Below the pieces are notes generated by a model. It made no database searches. It saw nothing but the letters and a program-made list of their open reading frames with translations, and was not told where the DNA came from. Positions 49,848 through 60,734 of a stretch of DNA of 64,000 nucleotides are shown here, piece after piece; the first letter of the stretch is position 1; each line of letters begins with the position of its first letter. The stretch is from assembly GCA_044892525.1 (NCBI GenBank), contig CM097885.1, positions 23,190,001 to 23,254,000 of the forward strand, given 5' to 3'. The position numbers were made by a program, and so were the translations under genes. Source of the DNA: Schmidtea polychroa (lineage: Eukaryota).

Positions 49848-50143
49848 CCACTTGCGCTATATTGACGTGCCAGGCACGTCTTGATGATTTTTTTAAGAAC
49901 TGCAAGTGACGTGCATACCAAGTCGATAGTATTTGTCGCAAAAACAAAAACGACGTGTTTGCAACATTGCTGTTGTGAATAATTATTTATATTCGTGTAA
50001 ATCTTTTATGTAAGACCCTACCCTCGCGCTAAGCACTGGTCAAACCTCTGAGCTCGCTGACGCGGTGAGGCGTCGATGCCTTACGATACTTTATATAGTA
50101 GAGCGCGGCTCAGCTACCGAAAATTAAATCATAGCGCAAGTGG
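49848..50143. mobile_element. piggyBac-type MITE, copy 2
   Basis: Perfect 13-bp TIR, TTAA TSD. Confidence 0.93.
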
Positions 50144-53100
50144 TTAAACATTAATATTATTATATAGTATAATTTTATATAATATTATAAATTTTATGTA
50201 TTCTAAATTTAATAATACTTCATTTAATTTTTTAAATTCAAAAATTTATAAAGAACATTCTTTGAATTAAAAAATATTCTGTTAGTATTTCCATGCAGAA
50301 AACAACGAATTCAATAATTAAAAACTTAATTTTCATGTTATATATTTTGGGTTGTAGCCAGAAGTTAATCGTCATCTAATCGTTTGTTCAGTTATCACCC
50401 TGTTCTAATTTCGCTCATTTTTGTTCAAAACATTCAGGTGAGTTGTTATCTGGAAAGTTTCAGTTTCTTTTAGCTCAGTTTTGTTAAAAAACTCACGGCT
50501 TTTTTGAGGGACGTGACACTGGAAATCCATACATGTTGTTGGTCTGAGCTGTCGATTTACTTTAGAAATATGTATATTAAAAACATTTTAGGTATCATTC
50601 AGTAAAATAATATAGTATTTTTGAGTATTTTTTAGTTAATTTATAAATAACAGTATTTTGATGTATCAATAAAGACCATATAGTCTGATTTTATCCGACA
50701 AGATATTCTGTCCCTTTATGGGTAATGGTCACCAAGGTACTGGTCGCATTCAACATGTCGCAAGGGTATATTAATTATTAATCAGTTAGAAATTCTTAGG
50801 TAATTTAGTGAGATGATCAGAAATTCGTGAATATTTTAAATGTAACTTACCGAATTCTTATTTATTGCGAGCGACTTGTTTATTGGTTAACGTTTAAGAC
50901 ATTTAAAGCCAAATGTAATTTATTCTTCTAATGTTCGTTACTATAGTTAATAATATGAGAAAAACATGGTCATTGATAATTTTAAGTTCTTTATCATTTG
51001 GAGTAAATTTGTTTGAGGCAAAAATAATTAAAGGAGTCAGTCATAATATGTTTATCAATTTACCAATTAAGGTGCTTATTAGTTAGAAATATATACCAAA
51101 AAGTAACAATTCTTTCCTAATTTAATGAGATGATTATTGGACGTAATATATCTTTGTGACAAATACATAGGTTAAGATGTTTGAGTAACCAAAACATGGA
51201 TATTTTGTGCGATAAATTTATGAATATTGGTTAATCTTGTCATTTTTAGTCATTTAAAATAATATTTAGCAAAGGTAATTTAGCAAAATATCATTGAAAG
51301 ATTTATCCACCCGATAACAATATTCCTTCAATAGATTTTACCCTTAACTGATATTCAACCGATTTAATTTCTGGAAATATAATTAAAATCATAAATTAAC
51401 TTCAATAAAGTTAAATTTTCTTTAGTTGTTGTCGATGTCCAACTCTTTTAAGTCCTCATAATGAATGTCCATCTTTACCATGTTAAATAAAGATAAAATA
51501 ATTTAAAGCAATAACCTTTGATATCAATCGCAATTATCTCTAAAGATTTCAAATATTTCATTGTCAAAACCAAGTAAATTAGTCATTAACCCTAAACCAT
51601 TTAATAAAATCCTGGATAATTAATAGACTATTTCCATTGAAACATTTCCATCCTAACCGATCCTTCACCAAATATTTCTACCCCTTAAACATCCAACCGG
51701 TTATTTCCCCCTTAAATACTATATATTACCAACTTAACCGAACCCTCACTATATCCAACCGACTATATCTCTTAATTTCACCCACTTGAGCCCTTTAATA
51801 TATCTTAAAATCTATAGAAAATTCTTCAAAATATGAATTTTATTTAATTGTTACAAACATTTTTCCATTGAAATTGAAGCTAAATTCATGATCAAAAAAA
51901 TGATCAAAATTCATTAAAATCAATATTTTCTACAAATATTTAACCACATGTATCATCAAATACCTAACTAGAGATGATAATATCTCATTGATTGATCATA
52001 ATTCTTCATCGATTCAGCAAATTTTAGCAATTATAACATGATATATCTTTCAAACTAAATCACAAATTTCAGTATATTTTACAATAATTTTCAAGTAGAT
52101 TTCAAATATATGATCATCATGATAAAATTAACTGGTTTCAACTTTAGATTTTCAATATTTTAAAGTTCATCAATGTGTAAATATTCTTAGAAAATATATG
52201 AAAAAATTATTTAGTCAAATTCAATATCATTACAAAGTCATCATCATCATCAAAATTTATCCTATCACTTGATTATTGTAAAAAACTCTAATTATTAACC
52301 TTGTAATGTACAGTTATTTTTGTTAATATTTTAGTATTCACAATTAGGAATTGTGTATACTAAGATATAAAATACAACCATCTGGGAAATCCAGATTTTT
52401 AATAAAAAACTATATAGCGATAATTTACTATAGTAAATTATCGCTATAGTAAATTAAAAAATTAAAAAAAGTCAATAAAGAAATCAAATAAAATTTAGAA
52501 CAAACAGGAACTAAGACAAGAATAAGAAAACAAATTTAGAAGAAATTGGAAAGAATATTATTAAACCAATTCCTTTAAAACGGAAAAAAGAATATTAGAA
52601 GACTAGAACAAAACAAGGATCAGAGTAGTGAGGAATCTATGCACCCCAGCACCCCCACCCTCAAAAAAAAACAGCGCTATTGACCCATATTTTCCACATT
52701 TATATGCTTTTTTACCCCATATTCTTCACTTTTTTTAACTTTTAAACTTTGTCCCCTATTGCCATTAACCCTTAATTTCTTCCCTTAAAAGTAAAAAAGT
52801 TCGGAATAGATGTATTTATAGATTAGTAATTCCGAGAAAAGGTAACGGGGTGCATAGATTCCTCACTACTTGGTCTTAAGGATTTAATGTTATAAGAATA
52901 TCAGATTACCTAATTCATAATGATCTAGGTCGCCTGATCACCTTAAGGTTTTGAAAGTTTTAAAAATAAAAAATTTTATGAAAATAGTAAAACTGCTCTG
53001 AGGGGACAGTGGTATTTTTTTTTTTTTTTTTTCACTGTCCCCTCAACAGTTTTTTCTGATCCGGATCATTTTTTTTTTTTATTTATCAACCTCTTTCGTT

Positions 53101-53543
53101 TATCAAATCTCTTCCAATATACAAACTGGCCAGACTCATACATCAGAATCAATCCGATAATAGCAGCACGCCTTATTATTCGCTTCTCGCTCACGAAGTC
53201 GATTTCAACGGCGTTTTAAGCGTGCTGCTCGAAAGTACAAATGAATTCGAAAGCGAATCCGAAAGAGGTCCGAAAACAACTGAGAAATAAATGTGCACAT
53301 TACCGGGATCGATCCGGGGGTGTTCGAAAGACAGGTGGCGATAATTACCGGTTCGCCACCATCACCCGTTTCAATATTTTTTTTTTCATATTTATGTTTA
53401 AAAAATAATTAATTAATAAAAAAATAAAATAAAATAAAATAAATAAAATAAAATATACAAGTACTTTATAAATATAAGATACCCACACTATTTTCAATAT
53501 TATTTTCAAATTTTTAATATTATTTTATGTTGAAAAAAAAACT

Positions 53544-53617
53544 AACCTCAGATGTGATTTGAACCGCTATCCATTTGAACCACTGTGCCAGTCTATTCCC
53601 ACTGCGCCATCAAGGTT
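53544..53617 (-). ncRNA. Putative Pol III small RNA 1
   Basis: A-box TGGCGCAGTGG, B-boxes GGTTCAAAT, terminal stem AACCTT/GAGGTT, T9 run downstream. Confidence 0.6.
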
Positions 53618-53863
53618 TGAATTTTTGTCATTTTTTAGACTATAAATAATCGATTCAAGTTCTTTAACTCTTTCCTGTAATTGTTTCATTTTCTTCAATC
53701 TTATATCAGCAACATCTACAGCCTTCATATAAAAATGTCGATACTTTTCATTATCTACCATCAACTCTTTGATGTATTCTAATGGTTCTTCTTCTCTTCT
53801 TTTCATTCTCTTATGTTTAACTTCATTCAATTCATTTCTCATTCTTTCTTTTAACTCATCCAT
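53567..53863 (-). CDS. Charged coiled-coil hypothetical protein
   Basis: 98-aa ORF with AAAAATG start context. Confidence 0.6.
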   Translation of the reverse strand: MDELKERMRNELNEVKHKRMKRREEEPLEYIKELMVDNEKYRHFYMKAVDVADIRLKKMKQLQERVKELESIIYSLKNDKNSNLDGAVGIDWHSGSNG

Positions 53864-54033
53864 TTTTATAAATATTTTTTTATTGGATATATTAATTTTT
53901 GGTAGCTTAAGTTAAAACGTTTTTGATCTTAAATTTCCAAGAGTTGCCGTTGACCAATCACCTTAAAAATTTGTAAAAGTACTAAATCGAGTATGCTGAT
54001 CAATATTTTGTTTAAAAAAAAATTTGAAAAAAA

Positions 54034-54109
54034 ATTGACCGAAATGGGATTTGAACCCATTGGTATTGGCAATGCAGTCGAGTGCTATTACCACTAAGCT
54101 ATACTCAAT
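54034..54109 (-). ncRNA. Putative Pol III small RNA 2, tRNA-Cys-like
   Basis: A-box TAGCTTAGTGG, GACTGCA, perfect T-arm ATGGG-TTCAAAT-CCCAT, oligo-T terminator; anticodon stem broken. Confidence 0.7.
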
Positions 54110-54269
54110 ATAAAATAAGTTGTTAATGTGTGACTATTTATTGATGAAATTAATAATTAATTATTCATTTTCTCGACAACTACCACTCAGATCGATCTGA
54201 AAATTTAAATATATACTAAAATCAGTACGCTGAATCAGATTCCGTTGAAAAAAAATATCGAAAAAAATT

Positions 54270-54343
54270 GACCAAAATCGAAAATTGAACCCGGTACTCC
54301 CGGTGATAAAATTGAAGCCTATTCCCACTCCGCTATAATGGCT
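54270..54343 (-). ncRNA. Putative Pol III small RNA 3
   Basis: A-box TAGCGGAGTGG, B-box GGTTCAATT, same GGTCAA-oligo-T end as RNA 2. Confidence 0.55.
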
Positions 54344-54398
54344 TTCATAATATATTTAATTAATCCTATTGTGTGTGTGTAAATTTTAATATATAAAA

Positions 54399-55691
54399 AT
54401 GAATAACATAAATCTTAAAATTCAAGAAAAAAATAAATTAAATCTTGATTATAATAAAGAATTTACTCATGAAATCAAGAAAAACGATGTACTTAAAATC
54501 TCCCCAACTTCAGGATCTATTGCAAACTTAAATCGTAGGGGTGATATAGTTTTTCAATCTCTTCAAACATCAAACCCTATAGATATTTGTAATGCCAAAT
54601 TATATTATAAAATCGAATTAGAAATTGAAGCAAACAAAGATATAACCCTAGAAAATAATTTCTTTCCAAATTTATTCTCCAACATGAGATTAAAACTAGG
54701 ATCATCAGAAATTGAAACTGTTTTGCATCCGGGAGTATATTCTACAATGTTAAATTTTATTTTGACTGGTTGTGATTATAAAAACGAATATGGTGAATTA
54801 ACAGGTTGGATTCCTGATGTTAATAAAGGGGATTTAGATAAAGATGGTTTAGATGTAAACCATGGTTACCATAAAAGAGCTGAACTTTATAAATCTAAAA
54901 AATTTGAAGGTTATTTTGAATTAAAACACTTGTTTGGATTCCTTCAAAACTATAATCGTATACTTCATAATGTTTTTATAGAATTCATCTGTAATAGAGT
55001 AGAAGGTGATAAAAGATTGTTCTATGGAGCTGTAGATACAAAAGCTAAATTAAAATTATCAACACTTGAATTACATATACCTGAATGGACATTAAACCCA
55101 CATTCTGAGATTAAACTCCTTGAAAGATTAAATTCCAACAAGTCTATAAATGTAAATTATTTAAATAGAATCTGTAGTGAATTTAGTATGACAGAGGGTT
55201 CAACATATTCTATAAAGGTAGCAAATTTAGCATACCGACCAAGATATATCTTGATTGGATTCAAAGAAACAGATTCATCTTTCCAAAAAAATAACAATCT
55301 ATTTATTCAAAAGATTGGAGATGATAATTTAAAAACAATACAAATTCAATTAAATAGTTCTTATTATCCAATAAATAGAATGGAATTTAATATTGAAAAT
55401 AATGAAAACATATTCCCATATCTAAATTATATTGAAACATGTTATGATTTCAAAGTTGAACCGCAATTAAGTTTAGAAGATTTCAAAAATTTATATTCTA
55501 TATTTTGTATAAATGTATCAGACCAAGATGATCGATTAGCCATAAATAATGTTGATGTTACACTTCATGTAACAAAGGATTCTAATTTTAAAGCTAAAGT
55601 ATATACATTAATATTAGAAGAAAAGAAAATAGAAATGAAATTATATGGTGGAAAGATTTCAATAATCGAAAATGTTAAGGGAGATTCTTAA
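54399..55691 (+). CDS. Major capsid protein (double jelly-roll)
   Basis: LENNFFPNLFS..LKLG..EIE..PG, PRYILIGF, IQLNSSYYP. Confidence 0.85.
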   Translation: MNNINLKIQEKNKLNLDYNKEFTHEIKKNDVLKISPTSGSIANLNRRGDIVFQSLQTSNPIDICNAKLYYKIELEIEANKDITLENNFFPNLFSNMRLKLGSSEIETVLHPGVYSTMLNFILTGCDYKNEYGELTGWIPDVNKGDLDKDGLDVNHGYHKRAELYKSKKFEGYFELKHLFGFLQNYNRILHNVFIEFICNRVEGDKRLFYGAVDTKAKLKLSTLELHIPEWTLNPHSEIKLLERLNSNKSINVNYLNRICSEFSMTEGSTYSIKVANLAYRPRYILIGFKETDSSFQKNNNLFIQKIGDDNLKTIQIQLNSSYYPINRMEFNIENNENIFPYLNYIETCYDFKVEPQLSLEDFKNLYSIFCINVSDQDDRLAINNVDVTLHVTKDSNFKAKVYTLILEEKKIEMKLYGGKISIIENVKGDS

Positions 55692-55708
55692 TATTTTAAC
55701 ATTTTAAA

Positions 55709-57118
55709 ATGTCTTTAAATAAATATTGGATATGTGAAACTTGTAATTGTCAAGTTACAAGACATCATAAAGCAAGCCATCTTAAAACTAAAAAACATAC
55801 AGTAGGTGACCTAATTCCACGAGCTGGAGGCGATTTGCAATCTTCAAAAACAACATCTTCAATATTAAAACCTTTTACTACAGAAAAATATCCAGGTGAA
55901 AGACATTTATTTAAACACAACTATACTGGACCAGGAACACGTCTAGATATTAGATTAGATGAAAATAATAATCCCAAACAAGGAGAAGAACCAATAAATA
56001 GAATTGATCAAGCAGCTTTAAAACATGACATTGCATACAATTCAACAAATCTTAGAGATAGACATGTTGCAGATGTGAATTTAATACATGATTTAAATAG
56101 TATCCAAAATCCATCAACCCAAGAAAAGATTCAAAGAGCTCTAGTTAAATTAGCAATGAAAGGTAAGATTTTCATAGGCTTAGGACACAGTCCGATCACC
56201 ATGGGTGCAAGACTTCCTAGGAAAGCAAAAGATGTTGCTTATAAAAAGATTATCGAACAAGCAGAGATTGAAAGATCCCTCGAGAGTACAGCCAAGACTA
56301 GTCTACAAACCCCAACAGAATCAGAAATAAAATATGCAAAGGAATTACACCATGAATTTAGAAAAAATAAAAAATATTTAAAAGTTCAAGTACATGAAAA
56401 AGATCAAACATGGTCTGCAGATTTAGTCTTTATGCCCAAATCATCAGACCCTGAAAAATATAAAATAATTTTAACTGTAATAGATTTATATACAAGATTT
56501 GCTTTTGCAAGATGTTTAGAAAATAAAACAGGATATTCTATTACAGAAGCATTTGAAAATATATTTGAAGATAATCAAAGAATCCCAAAATATTTATGGT
56601 GTGATAAAGGAACAGAATTTTATAACAAAGTTTTTACAAAGTTTTTAAATGAAAATGATATTAAATTATATTCAACAGAAAACGAAGGAAAAGCAGTCGT
56701 AGTTGAAAGATTAAATAGAACATTAAAAAATAAAATGTGGAAATATTTTACTGCTATTGGAAAACAAAAATGGAACAATGAATTGTTACAAAAGATTGTA
56801 AATGAATATAATAATGATGTACATAGTTCTATAAAATCAACACCTTTAAATGCTTCCATGAAGCCTGAAACCATTAAAGTGGTAAATATTGAAAATGATG
56901 TTATTGAAAAACCAAAGTTTAAAATTGGTGACCGAGTAAGAATATTTAAATATAAAAATAAATTTGAAAAAGGATTCACAGCAAAATGGACAAATGAAAT
57001 TTTTATTATAAATAAAATACATTATACAACTCCAATAACATATAGCATCTTTGATTTAAATAATGAAAAAATATTAGGTAGATTTTATAATAATGAACTA
57101 CAGAAAACAGATTTTTAA
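55709..57118 (+). CDS. C2H2 zinc finger + parvovirus-type PLA2 + retroviral-type integrase fusion
   Basis: CETC..HLKTKKH; HNYTGPG...IDQAALKHDIAY; SADL, CDKGTEF, VERLNRTLK. Confidence 0.92.
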   Translation: MSLNKYWICETCNCQVTRHHKASHLKTKKHTVGDLIPRAGGDLQSSKTTSSILKPFTTEKYPGERHLFKHNYTGPGTRLDIRLDENNNPKQGEEPINRIDQAALKHDIAYNSTNLRDRHVADVNLIHDLNSIQNPSTQEKIQRALVKLAMKGKIFIGLGHSPITMGARLPRKAKDVAYKKIIEQAEIERSLESTAKTSLQTPTESEIKYAKELHHEFRKNKKYLKVQVHEKDQTWSADLVFMPKSSDPEKYKIILTVIDLYTRFAFARCLENKTGYSITEAFENIFEDNQRIPKYLWCDKGTEFYNKVFTKFLNENDIKLYSTENEGKAVVVERLNRTLKNKMWKYFTAIGKQKWNNELLQKIVNEYNNDVHSSIKSTPLNASMKPETIKVVNIENDVIEKPKFKIGDRVRIFKYKNKFEKGFTAKWTNEIFIINKIHYTTPITYSIFDLNNEKILGRFYNNELQKTDF

Positions 57119-57129
57119 GTCGACAAGCC

Positions 57130-57921
57130 CTAAAACAAACTTTTCCATATTTCAGCTTCTTCTCTATCCAAATAAATATAATTATATTTTTCTTTCCAAT
57201 GATTATCAACAAACATATCAAACATATTCTTATCAGGTTCAACATTTGAAAATAAATCATTATAAATCATATTCTTATCACGGCGATCTAATTTAAAAAA
57301 TATAAAACAATTGGAATTATTTCTTATTGAATTTTTATCTAAAGCATAATATGTTTGAGATATATAAATAACATTACAATTATTATGTCGACCTCGTGTA
57401 AAGTAACTCTTTTGAATCTCTTGATTTTTCATATTAACAACATCATCAAATATAACTAGATTCTTTTTATCTTTAGGAAGTAAATCACAATGTAAAACAT
57501 CTTCAGGTTTATTAGAGAATAAAACTTGAATTGCCTCCTGCCCTTCTTCACAAATATAATCATTTTTATTACTAATATCTGATTCTAAAATCTTTTCCTT
57601 ATACCAATCAACCATATCACAAGGTTGAAAAACTTCTTCAGGACACCTATGTTGATTTTTAAAAATATCAATTATTGCTTTTTTAGTTAATTTATTTTCA
57701 AATCCACATTTCAAAAGTTGTAATTCTGGTTGATTTATGGTTGTAGAATAAAAGATTAAATTATTATAATCTAAAAAATCATCTTCAAGTAACATTCTCA
57801 AAACAAGTACATTCTTTCCACATCCAGAAGAACCAACAATTAATAATCTAAAATTATCAGGAAATACTTTATTATTAAATTTACTCTTATGTCTATTTAA
57901 AATTGGTTTCCAAATATCCAT
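57130..57921 (-). CDS. A32/FtsK-like packaging ATPase
   Basis: GSSGCGKN, VIFDD, RGRH, ISQ; likely ATG at 57921. Confidence 0.92.
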   Translation of the reverse strand: MDIWKPILNRHKSKFNNKVFPDNFRLLIVGSSGCGKNVLVLRMLLEDDFLDYNNLIFYSTTINQPELQLLKCGFENKLTKKAIIDIFKNQHRCPEEVFQPCDMVDWYKEKILESDISNKNDYICEEGQEAIQVLFSNKPEDVLHCDLLPKDKKNLVIFDDVVNMKNQEIQKSYFTRGRHNNCNVIYISQTYYALDKNSIRNNSNCFIFFKLDRRDKNMIYNDLFSNVEPDKNMFDMFVDNHWKEKYNYIYLDREEAEIWKSLF

Positions 57922-57936
57922 TTTGTTTATTATAAA

Positions 57937-58506
57937 ATGACAACTGAAGAATCTTTGCAAGAATTAATAAATTCAAATAAAAATAAATCAGTAGTAATTG
58001 ATGGTAAAAAATATTTTATTGGAAAACATGTAAAAGAACAAGTTAGAGCGAAGATTAAAGAAGGTGGAATTCTTCCATTAGCTGCTTTAATACCTGCAAT
58101 CATTGCTGGTTTATCAGGTGCTGCTGGAATAGCTGGAGGAATTGCAACTACAGTTCAAAAAGCTAAAGAATCTCAAAAGACAGACCTAGAAAAAGAAAAA
58201 CTACAAACTGAAATCGATTCAATGAAGAAGGTAGGGCAAGCTAAAGGGGGAGTGTCCGTTGGAAAGGGTCTCTATCTTAATCCATATGAGGGGAGTCGGC
58301 AAAAGTCTCAGGGCAAAGGTCTCTATCTTGATCCTTATAAAGGTAGAGGTTTAAATGATTTTTTAAAAAATCAAATTTCTACATCTGAATCTTTATCTTC
58401 AAAAGATAAAGAAGATTTAAAAAAAATATGTAAATCTTTAAAGAATGGATGCCTTTGTAAAACTAAAAATGGTAAAGGATTATACTTGAAGCCCTTCGAA
58501 CTATGA
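57937..58506 (+). CDS. pX-like core precursor with GKGLYLxP repeats
   Basis: GGILPLAALIPAIIAG; three GKGLYLxP(Y/F) repeats. Confidence 0.75.
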   Translation: MTTEESLQELINSNKNKSVVIDGKKYFIGKHVKEQVRAKIKEGGILPLAALIPAIIAGLSGAAGIAGGIATTVQKAKESQKTDLEKEKLQTEIDSMKKVGQAKGGVSVGKGLYLNPYEGSRQKSQGKGLYLDPYKGRGLNDFLKNQISTSESLSSKDKEDLKKICKSLKNGCLCKTKNGKGLYLKPFEL

Positions 58507-58528
58507 TACCATTTTTGATACCATTAAA

Positions 58529-59410
58529 ATGGTATATGAAGAAAGATTAGCACTTTTAAAAAAATTACAATCAGAACAAGATAAATATAATAAAAAAGAT
58601 ACAACTCAACATGCTGAATCTATAATATTAAATGAGGTAATAACACAACAACAGGGGCCAACAATTAAAGCTATAAAAGAGTTGGAAGATTTCAATGAGC
58701 AAGCAAAATTTAAAGAGTTAGAAGATAAAAAACAAAAAATAAAAGAACTAGAGTGGCAGGATAAAGAAAAAGAATCCAGTGAAAACCATCCTGAAAGAAA
58801 TCAAAGAAAACGCAGAAGAATTTCTAATGTGGAAGAAGAAGAAATGTTTTTAAAAACAAAACCTCTTAAAGTTGATCCTAAAATTAGAGATGATTTACCT
58901 CCTTCAATTAGACCCACATTTAATACTAATACTGAAGGATATCAAATAATAACAATTAATAAACAAAACTTTACTTTATATTCAAATTCAGAAAATAAAT
59001 CACGTATTCATTCACAAAATGTTTATAATAATGAATATTTAGACTATGAATTTACAGATGATTTTTATAGATTACTTTGTGGATATTCTTCAGATGATGT
59101 TGAAGAAATTAAAAAATATTTAAATTTAATAAGATTAATAAGAGCTAGTTCTAAAGCAAAATATATTCAAGATTTAAAGAATTATTTAAATAAAAATGAA
59201 AAGGGTTATGTTGTTACAGAGGGAGAGGGATTAATTAGTGAAGGTGGTAAACCAAATCCCATCAATCTTTTTATTGAATTAAGAAAACTATTAGCTGCAA
59301 GGAAAGCAGGACATAATAATTTAGATTCTGATATTTTAAAGATTTCTAAAGATTTGTTAAAACAAGGAATAATTTCAAAAGATAAATTTAATAAGTATAC
59401 GAAGTTATAA
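58529..59410 (+). CDS. Conserved Polinton hypothetical protein
   Basis: C-terminal GEGL...LRKLLAARKAGHNN...LLKQGII pattern. Confidence 0.7.
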   Translation: MVYEERLALLKKLQSEQDKYNKKDTTQHAESIILNEVITQQQGPTIKAIKELEDFNEQAKFKELEDKKQKIKELEWQDKEKESSENHPERNQRKRRRISNVEEEEMFLKTKPLKVDPKIRDDLPPSIRPTFNTNTEGYQIITINKQNFTLYSNSENKSRIHSQNVYNNEYLDYEFTDDFYRLLCGYSSDDVEEIKKYLNLIRLIRASSKAKYIQDLKNYLNKNEKGYVVTEGEGLISEGGKPNPINLFIELRKLLAARKAGHNNLDSDILKISKDLLKQGIISKDKFNKYTKL

Positions 59411-59432
59411 ATACGAAGTTTTAAAATACAAA

Positions 59433-59897
59433 ATGACTCCTTCAATATTAGATTTTTTAAAAACATTTGGAATAAATGCAAAAACAAATTTTGATTTAAA
59501 AGATTATGCAAATTATTTAAATTTAAAAATTAAAATATTAATGAATGATGAATTATCAAGTCTGGAGAGTCCCCTGAATATAATAATCAATTATCAAAAT
59601 TCAAATGAAAAAGGATCTCATTGGGTTTGTATATATAAGAAATCTATCTACTTTGATTCTTTTGGGATTAAACCTACTAAAGAAGTTGAAGATTATCTCT
59701 TGAGGGGTTCTCCGATTGATTCCCCAAATGGTTATACTTTTAACTCTTTACAAGTTCAACCTTTGAATACTAAAATATGTGGTATTTTAAGTTTATATGT
59801 TTTGTATAGATTGAATAAGGGAGAGGGAAAGGGGCATACGCAGGATTTTGAATCTATAATTCAAGAAATTTATAATGATCTAGAATCTCTACTATAA
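59433..59897 (+). CDS. Adenain-like cysteine protease
   Basis: GSHWV, YFDSFG, QVQ...ICG. Confidence 0.9.
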   Translation: MTPSILDFLKTFGINAKTNFDLKDYANYLNLKIKILMNDELSSLESPLNIIINYQNSNEKGSHWVCIYKKSIYFDSFGIKPTKEVEDYLLRGSPIDSPNGYTFNSLQVQPLNTKICGILSLYVLYRLNKGEGKGHTQDFESIIQEIYNDLESLL

Positions 59898-59945
59898 GGA
59901 TTTTTACTATAAGGATTTTTACTATATGAATTTACTACTAAAGAA

Positions 59946-60710
59946 ATGGAGCTTCACAACCCTCCGGAAGATAATTTTAAAAAAATGGTAAACATAATGT
60001 CAGATAAATATTCAAGAACTTTATCTATAAATTCAAAAGAATCAGACTTTACTATAAACTTTCAAGATTCAATTAAATTAGATCAAAATTTAAATTATGA
60101 ATTGGGGCTATTATGGTTTTGTGCTTATAATACTATTTTTAATATAACTAAAGATAATAATAAATTTACTATTCAAACTCGTGATGGGCATAAACCAGAA
60201 ATTATAACAATAGAACCTGGGGCATATGAGATAAAAGATTTAAATGATATACTTTCTAAAAAAACAAATGAAGGTATTAAAATTAAAATGGATATACCAA
60301 CTTCAAAATGTGTAATGACTTTGAAGAATATAAAAATTCGTTTTTTAGATAATTGTTTCTTTCACACAGTTTTAGGATTTAAACCTATGGATATAACAAT
60401 AAAAGAAGATAAAATAATAACATCAGAACATATTATAAAAATAATAAATACAAACACAATAAATATTCATTGCGATTGTATAACAGGTTCTTATAATAAT
60501 GGTAAACAAACAAATGTTTTATATTCCTTTCCCTCAAACACAGTTCCTATGGGATATAAAATAGTTGAAAGAATGAATCCTCCAAATTATTTACCTTTAT
60601 GTAGAAAATATATAATGGATATTAATTTTAAAATTCTTAATCAAGAAGGAGAATTGATTGATTTTAATGGAGAAGAGATTTCAATGTATTTACATTTGAA
60701 ACAGGTTTGA
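59946..60710 (+). CDS. Minor capsid protein (penton)
   Basis: IEPGAYEI, INIHCDCITGSY, NQEGELIDFNGE. Confidence 0.85.
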   Translation: MELHNPPEDNFKKMVNIMSDKYSRTLSINSKESDFTINFQDSIKLDQNLNYELGLLWFCAYNTIFNITKDNNKFTIQTRDGHKPEIITIEPGAYEIKDLNDILSKKTNEGIKIKMDIPTSKCVMTLKNIKIRFLDNCFFHTVLGFKPMDITIKEDKIITSEHIIKIINTNTINIHCDCITGSYNNGKQTNVLYSFPSNTVPMGYKIVERMNPPNYLPLCRKYIMDINFKILNQEGELIDFNGEEISMYLHLKQV

Positions 60711-60734
60711 AGATTCATTTTAAATTATTAATAA

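Noticed and set aside
54034..54109. Functional tRNA-Cys gene
   Set aside because: Anticodon stem does not pair and the acceptor stem is incomplete; kept as a tRNA-like ncRNA
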